A DNA stretch of 63,798 nt, filler included, from Octopus bimaculoides (Eukaryota): assembly GCF_001194135.2 (NCBI RefSeq). It is 5 parts of 5 records of this genome, joined end to end, with 100 filler letters (N's around TTAATTAATTAA, not from the genome) between each part and the next. Parts side by side here need not be neighbours in the genome. Positions count along the whole stretch, not along the records: positions 62,684 to 63,798 come from NC_069005.1; 4 more parts are not named here. One strand, written 5' to 3'. Shown in pieces: positions 63,757 to 63,798 of this stretch (its first letter is position 1; every line of letters begins with the position of its first letter). Below the pieces are notes generated by a model that did no database searches, was not told where the DNA came from, and worked only from the letters and a program-made list of their open reading frames with translations. The position numbers and the translations under genes were made by a program.

Positions 63757-63798
<42 letters not shown>

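Overview
AT-rich, microsatellite- and gap-riddled eukaryotic draft scaffold. From remembered repeat families I infer a coleoid cephalopod, most likely Octopus; this was not checked against a database. The only protein-coding gene I can identify confidently is a + strand group I nucleoside diphosphate kinase (NME1/2/awd-like). Three coding exons are visible (48861-48962, 49768-49880, 51652-51769; 102/113/118 nt, the sizes I recall for vertebrate NME1/2), and I could not find the first coding exon in called bases. Most other sequence is transposon-derived: three tRNA-derived SINE families, TTAA-flanked piggyBac-like MITEs, mariner remnants, a Tigger/pogo transposase pseudogene split by a probable solo LTR, RTE and CR1/L2 LINE fragments, and Penelope-like remnants. 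The most interesting signals are: (1) several type I hammerhead-ribozyme-like motifs with palindromic stem III, the best with a U3-A8 covariation (22128-22176); (2) an atypical PG->LR change in the NDPK Kpn loop; (3) CpG decay in SINE copies that seems to map two methylated gene-body domains, one (about 9-31 kb) with no identified gene; (4) several foldback elements. Four 44N-TTAATTAATTAA-44N blocks and one exact 232-bp duplication look like assembly artefacts. Nearly all long ORFs in the supplied track are microsatellite or N-gap artefacts.
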